Notes: a model not told the origin generated them from the sequence alone. DNA of 64,000 bases from Macrostomum lignano (GCA_002269645.1 NIVC01000365.1:585445-649444); one strand, 5' to 3'; positions 11,498-23,841 are shown, counted from the first letter of the stretch. Numbers and translations are program-made.

Positions 11498-11922
11498 CTT
11501 TGAAATGAATTATGCCTAATTATCATTAATAATATAAGTCTCGAAATGGTCATCATACGAGTTTTCAATTACTTCTACATTTAATTGCATAAGTATTTGT
11601 TCTGATACTTTTTTGTTTTGAAAGTGATTTATAAGGGAATGGAAACATATTTCTCAGCAGCACTAAAGATGCTGCCGAATTTGTTTAGAAAATTTCAGCT
11701 TTAAAATGAACCTACGCAAACATTGCGTTCTACTAACAGTAGTGTAGTAAGGAAAATTATATTTAAAATCATACATCAATGTACATGGATGGAAAGTAAC
11801 CATGGATGAAGTTTACGTGGAACCATGTATGATCAGGTATGGCTCCATACATGTTCAGGTATGATCCATACATGGCATCATGGATGCTTCATCCATGATT
11901 TATCCATGCAAGGAGAGTAGGG

Positions 11923-12504
11923 TGTTGCCCTGCAGGTATTGGTGACTGGAGAAGCAGCCGTGGCCTGAGAGGGTCATGGTGGCAGCCCGGATGTTTCTTC
12001 GCGAGAGGCGCAGGAGAAGCTTCTGGAGTTGGTGAGAGGGCTGAGGGACAGCGCCTCTGGATTGCCTGCATGTAGTGCAGTTCACCCAGGCTAAGCGGTG
12101 CTGGGTCCTGATCCACGCCTTGATGCGCGAGTCGATGACACAGCCGGGAATCGGGACAAGGGGTTGCCAATGGGATCTTCAGGAAGATTCCAACACCAAA
12201 GCCGGTGTTGACTAATGCTTAGAAACATCGGTGTAGCAGTGGAGCGATCATCAGGGTTCCAGTGGTCATTGATGATATCGCGCGGGTAGATAGCTACGGA
12301 GTAGCGTTGTCTCAGGTCGAGCGTTGAGGCAATGCCATCGGTGAAGACGCGATTGGCCTGGCACTCACTGAGAATGTTGAGGCACAGGTCGCTATGTGGA
12401 ACAAGGTTCCGCTTAGCAGGTGCTCATGTAGAGGAATTTGACGCCGGCGTCTATGCCGGCGTCTAGTATAGACGCCGCGTCGTTCTGGCCGCCTCACCCC
12501 TGAC
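11923..12504 (-). mobile_element. 5' part of the same LINE (5'-truncated, most of RNase H deleted)
   Basis: RRILDAGV..SDLCL..QRYSVAIYPRD..NDHWN..HCYTD and TLSGHG are homologous to the LINE at 1-1170; the frame continues into 5191 once the transposon is removed. Confidence 0.75.
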
Positions 12505-12700
12505 GTAGACTGAGATGGTAGCTCAGGTAGACTGAGATGATAGCTCAGGTAGACTGAGATGGTAGCTCAGGTAGACTGAGATGATAGCTCAGGTAGACTG
12601 AGATGATAGCTCAGGTAGACTGAGGTGATAGCTCAGGTAGACTGAGATGGTAGCTCAGGTAGACTGAGATGATAGCTCAGGTAGACTGAGATGGTATCTC
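12505..12700. repeat. 22-bp minisatellite, right half (about 9 copies)
   Basis: Same unit as 4336-4815. Confidence 0.95.
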
Positions 12701-13171
12701 AAAAGCTGGTTCCCCATAAGCTGAATATGAGGAGTAGGACAGACAAGAAACAAAGACAACGGTGATTGACAGGTGACATACGATTTAACTCCTGGCCTAA
12801 TGGCCAACCAAAAACGTAGAGTTGGAAAACAAACTTAAATTTATATTTCTCAAAGTAACCTGAAAACAAGAAGCGCCAGCAAAAAAGTGTGAAAATGCGA
12901 ACAGAAAAAACACATTTTAGTAAACTGCAGGGGGGCAAATGCTTCACAGTGAGATCTGAGGATAGGCTTGCCAACAGGCAATAAACAGGCGGCTGGGTAT
13001 TTAAATCTTATTTATAAGTGGATAGGGAAACAAAAAGTGTTTGTTGGGAAAAAACTTGACACTGGACTGGGAGACGAGTTAATTTGGAAAGTAGCTCGTA
13101 AAACAACAAGAAAAACAGAGGAACAAAACTGTCTTCTTCTTCTCAAAAGACCAGTCAAGAAGAGTTCCGTC

Positions 13172-16100
13172 TCACTGCTGCTCCTGAGAATCGGCAGCAG
13201 CTGAGCGGCTCACAGCTCCAGACTTCTCGTCTTTCTTCTTTTTCTTCTTTTGCTGCTGCTTCTGCTGGCTCAGCATGTTGCACAGGTTGCGCAGCAGGCG
13301 GATCTCAGCCTCCGCGCCCTCCATCTCCGACAGCATCTCCGTTGCGTCGGACACCAGGTCCTGCATCTCCAAGCTGCAGATATCGGCCTCCTCCCTAAAT
13401 GCGGTCGATATGGGGTGGTCTAAATTAAGTTTCAAGAAATATGAAATGTTAAGAGCGGGAATCTTATAATCTTCCTGACAGTAAAAGCGAGTAGTTAATT
13501 GTAGACTTGTATTAAACCTGCAGAATGTCAGATGATGTCCAGTCTATTTATGGAACCACACACACAAGTGATGTGGGTTCTATTCATGGAAGCATGCAAA
13601 TGACGGTTCTATTCGAGGAAACACACAAGTGACGTCGGTTCTATTTATAGAAACACGCAAGTGACGTCGGTTCTATTTATGGAAACATGCAAGTGACGTC
13701 GGTTCTATTAATAGAAACACGCAAGTGACGTCGGTTCTATTAATAGAAACACGCAAGTGACGTCGGTTCTATTAATAGAAACACGCAAGTGACGTCGGTT
13801 CTATTAATAGAAACACGCAAGTGACGTCGGTTCTATTAATAGAAACACGCAAGGGACTTCTGTGGCAGGCAGTCGCCATAGTTCTACTATATTATGTTTA
13901 TGCTTGATTGCTTGCCTATGGAATCTCTAATATAAGGCTGCACCCACCCTCACACAATAACTTTGGTTCTATTTATAGAAACTCGCCAATAACGGGAAGA
14001 AAAGCATCAACAACGCCAATTGCAATTATAGAAATACAGCTGCAAAAAACAAGCACTAATCGGTTGTTAGGTCTTATTTTTGTCCCACCAGCTCTGGCAA
14101 GCGGAACACGTGACGCCAAACCGGACGGGCTCAGGTGACAAAAAACAAGATAAAGATGGTCAATCCCAAAAGAGACTGCGGACAAAGCACCTGCGTGACC
14201 AGCTGCGCCGCAAGCATATTTTGTAGGAAAGAGCAGACTAGTCAAGAGGGAGGCAAAATGGGATAATTAAAACTGTAACAAACTGCCGGCGCGCAGGTGG
14301 CGTTAACTGGAGTCGGACGGCACCAGCTGGCAAGGGCTCTCGGGCGGAGGCCCCTGACAGGAAACCCTAGCGCTAATTGAGCGAATACCTCGCAGCGGAA
14401 AGAATTTTTGAAGAGGCTTCGGAACCGGTTATTCGGAATCGCTTTATTTTTTCCGATTGAAGCGTGACACAGCAAGAATGCAGCTTCAGATTGTGATTGG
14501 CACAAATTAAAGACAGTGACACGGTAATGTAACTGGTATCCCGGATGGAATTACCGCATACAGTAGAAGACTAAGACAGTTCATTGTTAAACCGTATGAG
14601 TGCATCTGCACTGTTTTAACTGGATTTTTTAAAGAGTTTATTCAAGGACCACTAGAAGTTACCGTTGTATCTGTTACTGTTGTACAACGGTAACTTCTAG
14701 TGGTCCTTGAGTTTATTCTTAGAATTATATCTGCGATCGCCTACGAGCAGAATAGTGTATGAGTGTTTGCAGACTCGTCCCGCCCATTCAATTCTGTGCG
14801 TATTTATAGCGTACACATAGCCAACATTGATTCAGTACAGAGTGCATTGATAGTGTACACATAGCCATCATTGATTCTGTACAGAGTGCATTGATAGTGT
14901 ACACATAGCCATCATTGATTCTGTACAGAGTGTATTTATAGTGTACACATAGCCATCATTGATTCTGTACAGAATGTATTTATAGTGTACACATAGCCAT
15001 CATTGATTCTGTACAGAGTGTATTTATAGTGTACACACATAGCCAACATTGATTCTGTAGAGTGTATTTATAGTGTACACATAGCCAACATTGATTCTGT
15101 ACAGAGTGTATTTATAGTGTACACACATAGCCAACACTGATTCTGTACAGAGTGTATTTATAGTGTACACATAGCCATCATTGATTCTGTACAGAGTGTA
15201 TTTATAGTGTACACATAGCCATCATTGATTCTGTACAGAGTGTATTTATAGTGTACACACATAGCCAACATTGATTCTGTAGAGTGTATTTATAGTGTAC
15301 ACATAGCCATCATTGATTCTGTACAGAGTGTATTTATAGTGTACACATAGCCATCATTGATTCTGAACAGAGTGTATTTATAGTGTACACATAGCCAACA
15401 TTGATTCTGTACAGAGTGCATTTATAGTGTACACATAGCCAACATTGATTCTGTACAGAGTGTATGTATAGTGTACACATAGCCAACATTGATTCTGTAC
15501 AGAGTGTATGTATAGTGTACACATAGCCAACATTGATTCTGTACAGAGTGTATGTATAGTGTACACATAGCCAACATTGATTCTGTACAGAGTGTATTTA
15601 TAGTGTACACATAGCCATCATTGATTCTGTACAGAGTGTATGTATAGTGTACACATAGCCAACATTGATTCTGTACAGAGTGTATTTATAGTGTACACAT
15701 AGCCATCATTGATTCTGTACAGAGTGCATTTATAGTGTACACATAGCCAACATTGATTCTGTACAGAGTGCATTTATAGTGTACACATAGCCAACATTGA
15801 TTCTGTACAGAGTGCATTTATAGTGTACACATAGCCAACATTGATTCTGTACAGAGTGCATTTATAGTGTACACATAGCCAACATTGATTCTGTACAGAG
15901 TGTATGTATAGTGTACACATAGCCAACATTGATTCTGTACAGAGTGTATTTATAGTGTACACAGAGCCATCATTGATTCTGTACAGAGTGTATTTATAGT
16001 GTACACATAGCCATCATTGATTCTGTACAGAGTATATTTATAGTGTACACATAGCCAACATTGATTCTGTACAGAGTGTATTTATAGTGTACACATAGCC

Positions 16101-16987
16101 ATCATTGATTCTGTACAGAGTGCATTTATAGTGTACACATAGCCAACATTGATTCTGTACAGAGTGCATTTATAGTGTACACATAGCCAACATTGATTCT
16201 GTACAGAGTGCATTTATAGTGTACACATAGCCAACATTGATTCTGTACAGAGTGCATTTATAGTGTACACATAGCCAACATTGATTCTGTACAGAGTGTA
16301 TGTATAGTGTACACATAGCCAACATTGATTCTGTACAGAGTGTATGTATAGTGTACACATAGCCAACATTGATTCTGTACAGAGTGTATGTATAGTGTAC
16401 ACATAGCCAACATTGATTCTGTACAGTGTATTTATAGTGTACACATAGCCAACATTGATTCTGAACAGTGTATTTCTGTACAGACTAATGTAACTCTAAA
16501 ATCCGTAACTAATTCCTCGGACCCAAAACTTAGAATGTGAACTGGAACAGAGCTCCCAGCTGCTGCTATTATCATCTGGCAGCACACTAAAGGCCACTCA
16601 CCGCTCCAGCTGCTCCAGCCCATCCATCAGTGCTTCAGTATGGACGGCCAGTTTCGAGCGCAGTCGAGCTTCGATAGTCTCGCCGTCGCCGTCAGCAGCC
16701 TCGTTGGCCTCGCCCTCGGCGTCGGCTCCCTCCGCCGCATCCTCAGCAGCCTCTCCGCCTTCAACAGCCGGGTCGCTGCAGTCCAGCCAGCCGGCCAGGT
16801 CTTCCCCATTGTCGCCGAGAGCCTCGTCGGACGGATCGTCCAGCACCTGCAGGGCGCCAACGATGTCCTCCACGGTATTGGCGAGCTCGTCCTGCACGCG
16901 GGCTCGGTAAGCCTCGCCGAATGCCACCAGGCAGTCCTGGCTGGAATCCTCGTTGCCAACTGGCTGCTCGGGCTCCTTGTCCACCTC
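13172..16987 (-). CDS. Last two exons (16602-16987, 13172-13394) of an unknown acidic, coiled-coil protein; 5' end unresolved
   Basis: GC3-rich ORFs; ttccag acceptor at 16988, CG|gtgagt donor and tttag|G acceptor give the in-frame junction LEQLER-EEADICSLEMQ. Confidence 0.6.
13552..13853. repeat. 32-bp minisatellite, about 9 copies
   Basis: Unit gaaacacgcaagtgacgtcggttctattaata. Confidence 0.9.
14643..14709. mobile_element. 67-bp miniature inverted-repeat element
   Basis: Perfect 27-bp TIRs (caaggaccactagaagttaccgttgta), 13-nt spacer, 8-bp TSD agtttatt on both sides. Confidence 0.85.
14804..16470. repeat. 44-bp minisatellite, about 38 copies
   Basis: Unit tatagtgtacacatagccaacattgattctgtacagagtgtatt. 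Confidence 0.95.
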
Positions 16988-17051
16988 CTGGAAGAGAAGA
17001 GGTGAAAATGTGAGTTATTGATGCGCCTGTTCTGCGAGTGATGTGTAACAA

Positions 17052-17525
17052 ATGTGATTGACTCCAGTGTGTGTCACAACTGTGATTGACTCCAGTGATG
17101 TGTCACAACTGTGATTCACTTCAGTGATGTCACAACTGTGATTGACTCCAGTGTGTGACCACAACTGTGATTGACTCCAGTGATGTGTCACAACTGTGAT
17201 TGACTCCAGTGATGTGTCACAACTGTGATTGACTCCAGTGATGTGTCACAACTGTGATTGACTCCAGTGATGTGTCACAACTGTGATTGACCCACTGTGA
17301 CTCACTGTGATTGACTGTGTCAGTCATGTGATTACTGTGTCAGTACAGTGATCATGGAGCATTGTCAGTCATGTGATTACTGTGGCAGTACACTCACTGA
17401 TCATGGAGCATTGTCAGTCATGTGATTACTGTGTCAGTACAGTGATCATAGAGCATTGTCAGTCATGTGATTACTGTGTCAGTACAGTGATCATGGAGCA
17501 TTGTCAGTCATGTGATACTGTGTCA
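17052..17525. repeat. Adjacent 29-bp and about 45-bp minisatellites
   Basis: caactgtgattgactccagtgatgtgtca (17052-17290), then cagtcatgtgattactgtgtcagtacagtgatcatggagcattgt. Confidence 0.9.
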
Positions 17526-18088
17526 GTGCCGATTAAGACACCAGAAAGAGAGAGGGGCGGCGCTGCAATTAGAGCAGAAGCTGAGCCCAACACAAACTAG
17601 AAGCTAAATCAGACAATTATTAAATAGATAAAACATGAAAATTGCGAGCTTGCGCGGTAAAAATGACTCAACATTTATTTGATCCCGCGCTCATTAGCAT
17701 ATTTATAGCTATGATAAACAATCGGCAGGTGCATGCAGGCGAAGCCGGTGCTTCTCAAATACTAATTGGGTTGCGCGTGTAAACAATTCGGTCCAACAAA
17801 GTGATTTGAATTGCGACATCAAAAAATTGCAGATAAGAGCGTACATGTAGCAAGGAAACAGAAGCCATATCTATCTATTCCAGAGAAGGAACTTGTGCAG
17901 AAGCTTAGTCATTTACTCGTGTTATTTATGAGACATCACAACAGCAAAACAAAGACTACAGATAGATAGGATAGACCCAACAGCAGAGCGCAGTAAAAGA
18001 GCATCTTGCACTATATATAATTGCCAATAAAATAATAAGCCTTGACTGGCTAAAGCTAATTGCGAATCGGCAAGGTCTTTGCGGAGGC

Positions 18089-19376
18089 CTGAGACCTGAG
18101 CCTGCACACTGTGATGGGGGTGGCCGGTCACTGAGACCTGAGCCTGCACACTGTGATGGAGGGTGGCCGGTCACTGAGACCTGAGACTGCACACTGTGAT
18201 GGGGGGTGGCCGGTCACTGAGACCTGAGACTGCACACTGATAGGGGGGGGGGGGCGGTGGCCGGTCTCTGAGACCTGAGACTGCACACTGATAGGGGGGG
18301 GGGCGGTGGCCGGTCACTGAGACCTGAGACTGCACACTGTGATGGGGGGTGGCCGGTCACTGAGACCTGAGACTGCACACTGTGATGGGGGGTGGCCGGT
18401 CACTGAGACCTGAGACTGCACACTGTGATGGGGGGTGGCCGGTCACTGAGACCTGAGACTGCACACTGATAGGGGGGGGGCGGTGGCCGGTCACTGAGAC
18501 CTGAGACTGCACACTGTGATGGTGGGTGGCCGGTCACTGAGACCTGAGACTGCACACTGTGATGGGGGGGGGGTGGCCGGTCACTGAGACCTGAGCCTGC
18601 ACACTGTGATATGAGGTGGCCGGTTTCTGAGACCTGAGCCTGCACACTGTGATGGGGGGTGGCCGGTTTCTGAGACCTGAGCCTGCACACTGTGATGGGG
18701 TGGCCGGTCACTGAGACCTGAACCTGCACACTGTGATGGGGGGTGGCCGGTCTCTGAGACCTGAGCCTGCACACTGTGATGGGGGTGGCCGGTCTCTGAG
18801 ACCTGAGCCTGCACACTGTGATGGGGGTGGCCGGTCTCTGAGACCTGAGCCTGCACACTGTGATGGGGGGTGGCCGGTCTCTGAGACCTGAGCCTGCACA
18901 CTGTGATGGGGGTGGCCGGTTTCTGAGACCTGAGCCTGCACACTGTGATGGGGGTGGCCGGTTTCTGAGACCTGAGCCTGCACACTGTGATGGAGGGTGG
19001 CCGGTCACTGAGACCTGAGCCTGCACACTGTGATATGAGGTGGCCGGTTTCTGAGACCTGAGCCTGCACACTGTGATGGGGGGTGGCCGGTCACTGAGAC
19101 CTGAGCCTGCACACTGTGATGGAGGGTGGCCGGTCACTGAGACCTGAGCCTGCACACTGTGATGGGGGTGGGTGGCCGGTTTCTGAGACCTGAGCCTGCA
19201 CACTGTGATGGGGGGTGGCCGGTCTCTGAGACCTGAGCCTGCACACTGTGATGGGGGTGGGTGGCCGGTTTCTGAGACCTGAGCCTGCACACTGTGATGG
19301 GGGTGGCCGGTCACTGAGACCTGAGCCTGCACACTGTGATGGGGGGTGGCTGGTTTCTGAGACCTGAGCCTACACA
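18089..19376. repeat. About 40-44-bp minisatellite with a variable poly-G run, about 31 copies
   Basis: Unit gagacctgagcctgcacactgtgat(g)n tggccggtcact. Confidence 0.95.
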
Positions 19377-19481
19377 CAGGAATGGAGTTCATGGCCATGG
19401 AATTACAGTGCAGGTACTGGTGCTAATGCATAGTTCAGAGAGATTAGACCTTCAATTTAAATCATGAATAGTTTTAATCTG

Positions 19482-22400
19482 TCAGCTGCGGCCGTCCACA
19501 TCCAGCGACTCTGGCCAGGCGTCCACCCGCACCCTGGGCAGCTGGCCGTCGAACAGCCGGTCCAGCCAGTTCGGCAGGCCGGCCAGCAGGTCCCGCTCGA
19601 ACAGCGGCGCGTCCGGCTCGCTCAGCGGGTCCCCGAAGCCTCCGCCGGTGTCGCCACCGTCGCGTCGACGTCGTCGCCGTCGTTTCAGCGTGGCTGCCTC
19701 GCCGTCGTAGTCGTCCGAGGAGTCCTCGGAGGATTCGTCCGAGTCGTGCAGGCCGAGGAAGCGGCAGTCGAACTGGCGCTGCATGGCCGACCGGATTTTC
19801 GGGTGGTAGATGCAGAAGTACCTGAGGAGTGGGGTGGGTGCGGGATGCAGAAGTACCTGAGGAGTGGGGTGGGTGCGGGATGCAGAAGTACCTGAGGAGT
19901 GGGGTGGGTGCGGGATGCAGAAGTACCTGAGGAGTGGGGTGGGTGCGGGATGCAGAATTACCTGAGTGGGGTGGGTGCGGGATGCAGAAGTACCTGAGGA
20001 GTGGGGTGGGTGCGGGATGCAGAAGTACCTGAGGAGTGGGGTGGGTGCGGGATGCAGAAGTACCTGAGGAGTGGGGTGGGTGCTGATGCAGAAGTACCTG
20101 AGGAGTGGGGTAGGTGCGGGATGCAGAAGTACCTGAGGAGTGGGGTGGGTGCGGGATGCAGAAGTACCTGAGGAGTGGGGTGGGTGCTGATGCAGAAGTA
20201 CCTGAGGAGTGGGGTGGGTGCTGATGCAGAAGTACCTGAGGAGTGGGGTGGGTGCGGGATGCAGAAGTACCTGAGGAGTGGGGTGGGTGCGGGATGCAGA
20301 AGTACCTGAGGAGTGGGGTGGGTGCTGATGCAGAAGTACCTGCGGGTTATTTAGGCTGCAATAAAACTTGGGAGCTCGATATGATGTGACATTTCGAGCT
20401 TATAAAACGGTTATTGACCCTCGAGTGACAAGCCCGATGAAAACGGTACCCAGGCCAAGAAGCGTCCCAGAGCCACTTGCCTTGCCCCAGAGTCGTTGCA
20501 GGTAGCACAGGTAAGATAGGAAAGAGCTGACTCTAGACGACAACTCTAAAACGACAAGATGTCCCGGTACAAGTCGCCAAAAAGTCATCAAAGAGTCACC
20601 TAAGAGCCAATTTGAAGTGTTTTATTGTCCGCGACTCTGAGGCGCTTCTATAATGAATCTGAGGCCGTAGAGTCGTATTTGAGGCGTGCTGGATTTCATC
20701 TCATTTCGCATTAATAACAACTCGATTTAGACTACTTGAGTTAGTAGAAAGTTAGGCGCTAACATAGCGACTCTTCCGATTCTGCAACTCAAGTGATGAC
20801 TCAACAGTCGCCTCTCTGTCGCACTGTAGTCATTTGAATCGTTAAAAAGTCGCCCCAGAGATTTTCCAGAGTCACTAGTGAGTTGTTTGCATTGACTCTT
20901 TAAGCGATTCTTGTCACGGTAAAGTTTTCAATGGACAGGCCAATTTCAGTGCACGCAGAGCACAGCTACCCCCCCCCGCCAACATGTTCCCATCTCACTT
21001 TCGGAACCCGTTAACGGCCAGCACAGTCCCGGAGCAGTTTCTCGGCTGGACCACCCGCTGTTCGCCCAGCTTCCGGCCGATGACAAACTCGAGGATGGCG
21101 CGGTACCAGCCCATCCGCTCGCCGACGTCCAGCACGGCGAAGCGTAGCCGTTCGACGCTGGCGAATGGCGCCAGGCAGCGGGCGAAGTCGGCGGCCAGCT
21201 TGGCCTTCAGGCTGGAGTCCACCACCAGCACCAGGGAGATCTGGCCCTGCGGACTGGCGCTGATGAGGCGCCTGTAGTTGCTGGACTCTAGCTCCGCCAG
21301 CATCCGCGTGTTGTCCGGCCGCCGGCCAGCTGTCTCGAACGGGCTCGGCGCCCCAGTCTGGCGCCGCTGACCTGCGCCGCTGCCAGTCCCGTTGCTATGC
21401 TGGTTGCTATGCGACTTGCGATTTGCCGAGCGGAGCTTCTGCTCCTCCCACTGGGCCAGACGGGTCATGATGTAGGCAGTGCCGATCACCATGGCAACGG
21501 TGAGCACCACGAGCATTGGACCGCTGGGGTCGACGCCCCGCAGGTGCAGCATCGCCCGGCCGCACAGGGTGTGCAGGCGGCGCCAGATGCGGATGGGCAG
21601 CGCCGGCCGGGACTCGTCGGCAAAAGCCGGCGCCGAGGCCAGCACGGTCAGGCCGAGGGAGTCCTCAGCGACTGCGGCGATGGACTCGCGGAGCTGCTCG
21701 ACGGTCAGGCTGACGTTCCAGCGGCCAGCCAGCCAGCGGTAGCCGACGCGGCTGGCCGTGGCCCGCCACAGCAGCAGCACTCGGCCGGCGAAGCTGGCGG
21801 CTGGCTCCTCGGCCGAGCCGAGCGAGCGGAGAAAGTCCAGCTGCAAGTCGGCGTGGATGTAGGCCAGTCGCACCCGAGAGTCGGCGGCTCCGTCTCGACG
21901 CCGCCGGTCCCAGCGGCGGGCCTCACGTCTGGGAATCGAGGGAAGCAGGGCGGAGTGCGAGTTACGGACGGAGTTGCTCAGATGGTGAATGGCTCAGGAG
22001 GAGTTGCTCAGATGGTGAATGGCTCAGGAGGAGTTGCTCAGATGGTGAATGGCTCAGGGGAAATGCTCAGATGGTGAATGGCTCAGGAGGAGTTGCTCAG
22101 ATAGTGAATGGCTCAGGAGGAGTTGCTCAGATGGTGAATGGCTCAGGAGGAGTTGCTCAGATAGTGAATGGCTCAGGAGGAGTTGCTCGGATGGTGAATG
22201 GCTCAGGAGGAGTTGCTCAGATGGTGAATGGCTCAGGGGAAATGCTCAGATGGTGAATGGCTCAGGAGGAGTTGCTCAGATAGTGAATGGCTCAGGAGGA
22301 GTTGCTCAGATGGTGAATGGCTCAGGAGGAGTTGCTCAGATAGTGAATGGCTCAGGAGGAGTTGCTCAGATGGTGAATGGCTCAGGAGGAGTTGCTCAGA

Positions 22401-23746
22401 TGGTGAATGGCTCAGGGGGAAATGCTCAGATGGTGAATGGCTCAGGAGGAAATGCTCAGATGGTGAATGGCTCAGGAGGAACAGCCTGGATGGTAAATCA
22501 CTCAGAGGGAATCAACCGAATGGTAAATGATTTGCTCAGGCAGAGAAAAAGTTCGAATGTAAGTCGCTCACCTGAAGAAGGCCGCAGCCAGTCCGTTCTC
22601 CTCACCGGGCCGCAGCAGCAGCAGCACGCAGAGAAATTTGTCCCGATATGCCATCTGCGCGGGGCAGAGCTCTTCGGCCAGCTCAGGCGAGGCCAGCCGA
22701 GGCAAGGCCAGATGCTTGCGAGCTTCCAGCCAGGCGGACAGGGCCTCAGTCTCCAGGCGCGCAGACTCGAGCCGGCCGACCTCCCCGTCTTCGTCGAACA
22801 GCAGGACGGACTCCAGGCCGCCGGACAGCCGCCTGGCGGAGCGGAAGGCCTCGACGGAGCTGGAAGCGGTGTCCGCATAGGCGAAGGCCAGCCGGCTGCG
22901 CCAGGCGTAGGCGGCCATGAGGAAGCGGATCGGTGGCCGGCCGAGCGGCTTGGCCAGCACCGCGCGCGGCCGGTTGTCCGACCAGCCGGACAGGAAGGCG
23001 GCCGCGCCCGAGTCGGCAAGCGGCGGCAGAGTGTCCACGGGGAACAGGGAGCGGTAGAAGTCGCGGAGGCCGGCCAAGGACAGCTGTCCGGAGTAGTGGT
23101 ACGCCACGCCGTCCACCACCCCGATGATGGCGGGCACCTGGTCGATGCGCAGGATCTCGGCCAGGTTGGAGGACATCCCGGCGTGGACGACGGCCATGGG
23201 GACGCCCAGGGGCAGCAGGTCCTCGGCCAGGCGGCGCCACAGCGGGCCGACTCGCATGCAGGGAAAGCAGAAGTCGGCTGTGGCGAATAGAAGGGCCGGC
23301 CGGCGCCACGAATCCGGCGCCAGGCGCACCTGATACTGGCGCAGGGTGATCTGCTCCAGCGCGGGGCCGCCGGCCTCGTCAGAGTGCTGCTGGTGCTGGT
23401 GAAAGAACTCGGCGAAGGGGGAAGCGTGGAACGAGTGGAAGCTGGGGTGGCGCGGGTCGGCCTGCACAGTGCCGAACATGTCGTACTCGCGCCGCTTGCT
23501 GGCATCGGACAGGATCTCGTAGGCCTCGTTAATGCGGACGAATCTGTCCGAGGCGCCAGGGTCCTTGGACTTGTCCGGGTGGTTGGCTCTGGCCAGCCGC
23601 TTGTAGGCCTGCTTGACCTCCTGGGGAGTCGCCGAACGGGACACGCCCAGCACCGAGTACAGGTCCTGCTGCTCCTCCGAGAGGGCTGCTGGCGGCAGCA
23701 GACAGAGCAGCAGCAGCAGCGACAGCAGGCGGCAGTGAGAGTGCAT
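19482..23746 (-). CDS. DNAJC16: DnaJ homolog subfamily C member 16 (J domain, thioredoxin-like domain, TM segment), about 814 aa, 3 exons
   Basis: Exons 22572-23746, 20999-21928 and 19482-19821 are in frame; signal peptide, J domain with HPD, CFPC motif, TM segment, C-terminal NWLDRLFDGQLPR..WP. Confidence 0.9.
19809..20343 (-). repeat. 35-bp minisatellite containing the DNAJC16 exon-3 splice acceptor, 16 copies
   Basis: Minus-strand unit ccgcacccaccccactcctcag|gtacttctgcatc; the last copy is the in-frame acceptor. Confidence 0.9.
21968..22475. repeat. 30-bp minisatellite in DNAJC16 intron 1
   Basis: Unit gagttgctcagatggtgaatggctcaggag. Confidence 0.95.
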
Positions 23747-23841
23747 GTTTGCTGACTTGCTGCCGTCTGCCTCTAGCAGCAATCGCTGTTGGCATGAAGG
23801 AATGAGGGAATAGAGTGAAAATAGGCGGTTTACATAATCTA

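Larger units (their letters stand above)
5192..11922 (+). mobile_element. Apparently complete EnSpm/CACTA (CMC superfamily) DNA transposon, 6731 bp
   Basis: 28-bp TIRs (25/28 identical) beginning CCCTACTCTC, 2-bp TG target duplication (5190-5191 and 11923-11924), CATGGA-rich subterminal repeats, two internal genes. Confidence 0.9.

Noticed and set aside
13973-14245. Hydrophobic 90-aa ORF inside an intron
   Set aside because: Non-ATG start, no GC3 bias like the real exons, no motif, no compatible splice phases
14804-19398. CRISPR-like appearance and ORFs of the 44-bp and about 41-bp arrays
   Set aside because: Head-to-tail repeats with no unique spacers, no cas genes, eukaryotic context
22049-23795. 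Long overlapping plus-strand and alternative-frame ORFs
   Set aside because: GC-rich shadows of DNAJC16 exon 1 plus minisatellite
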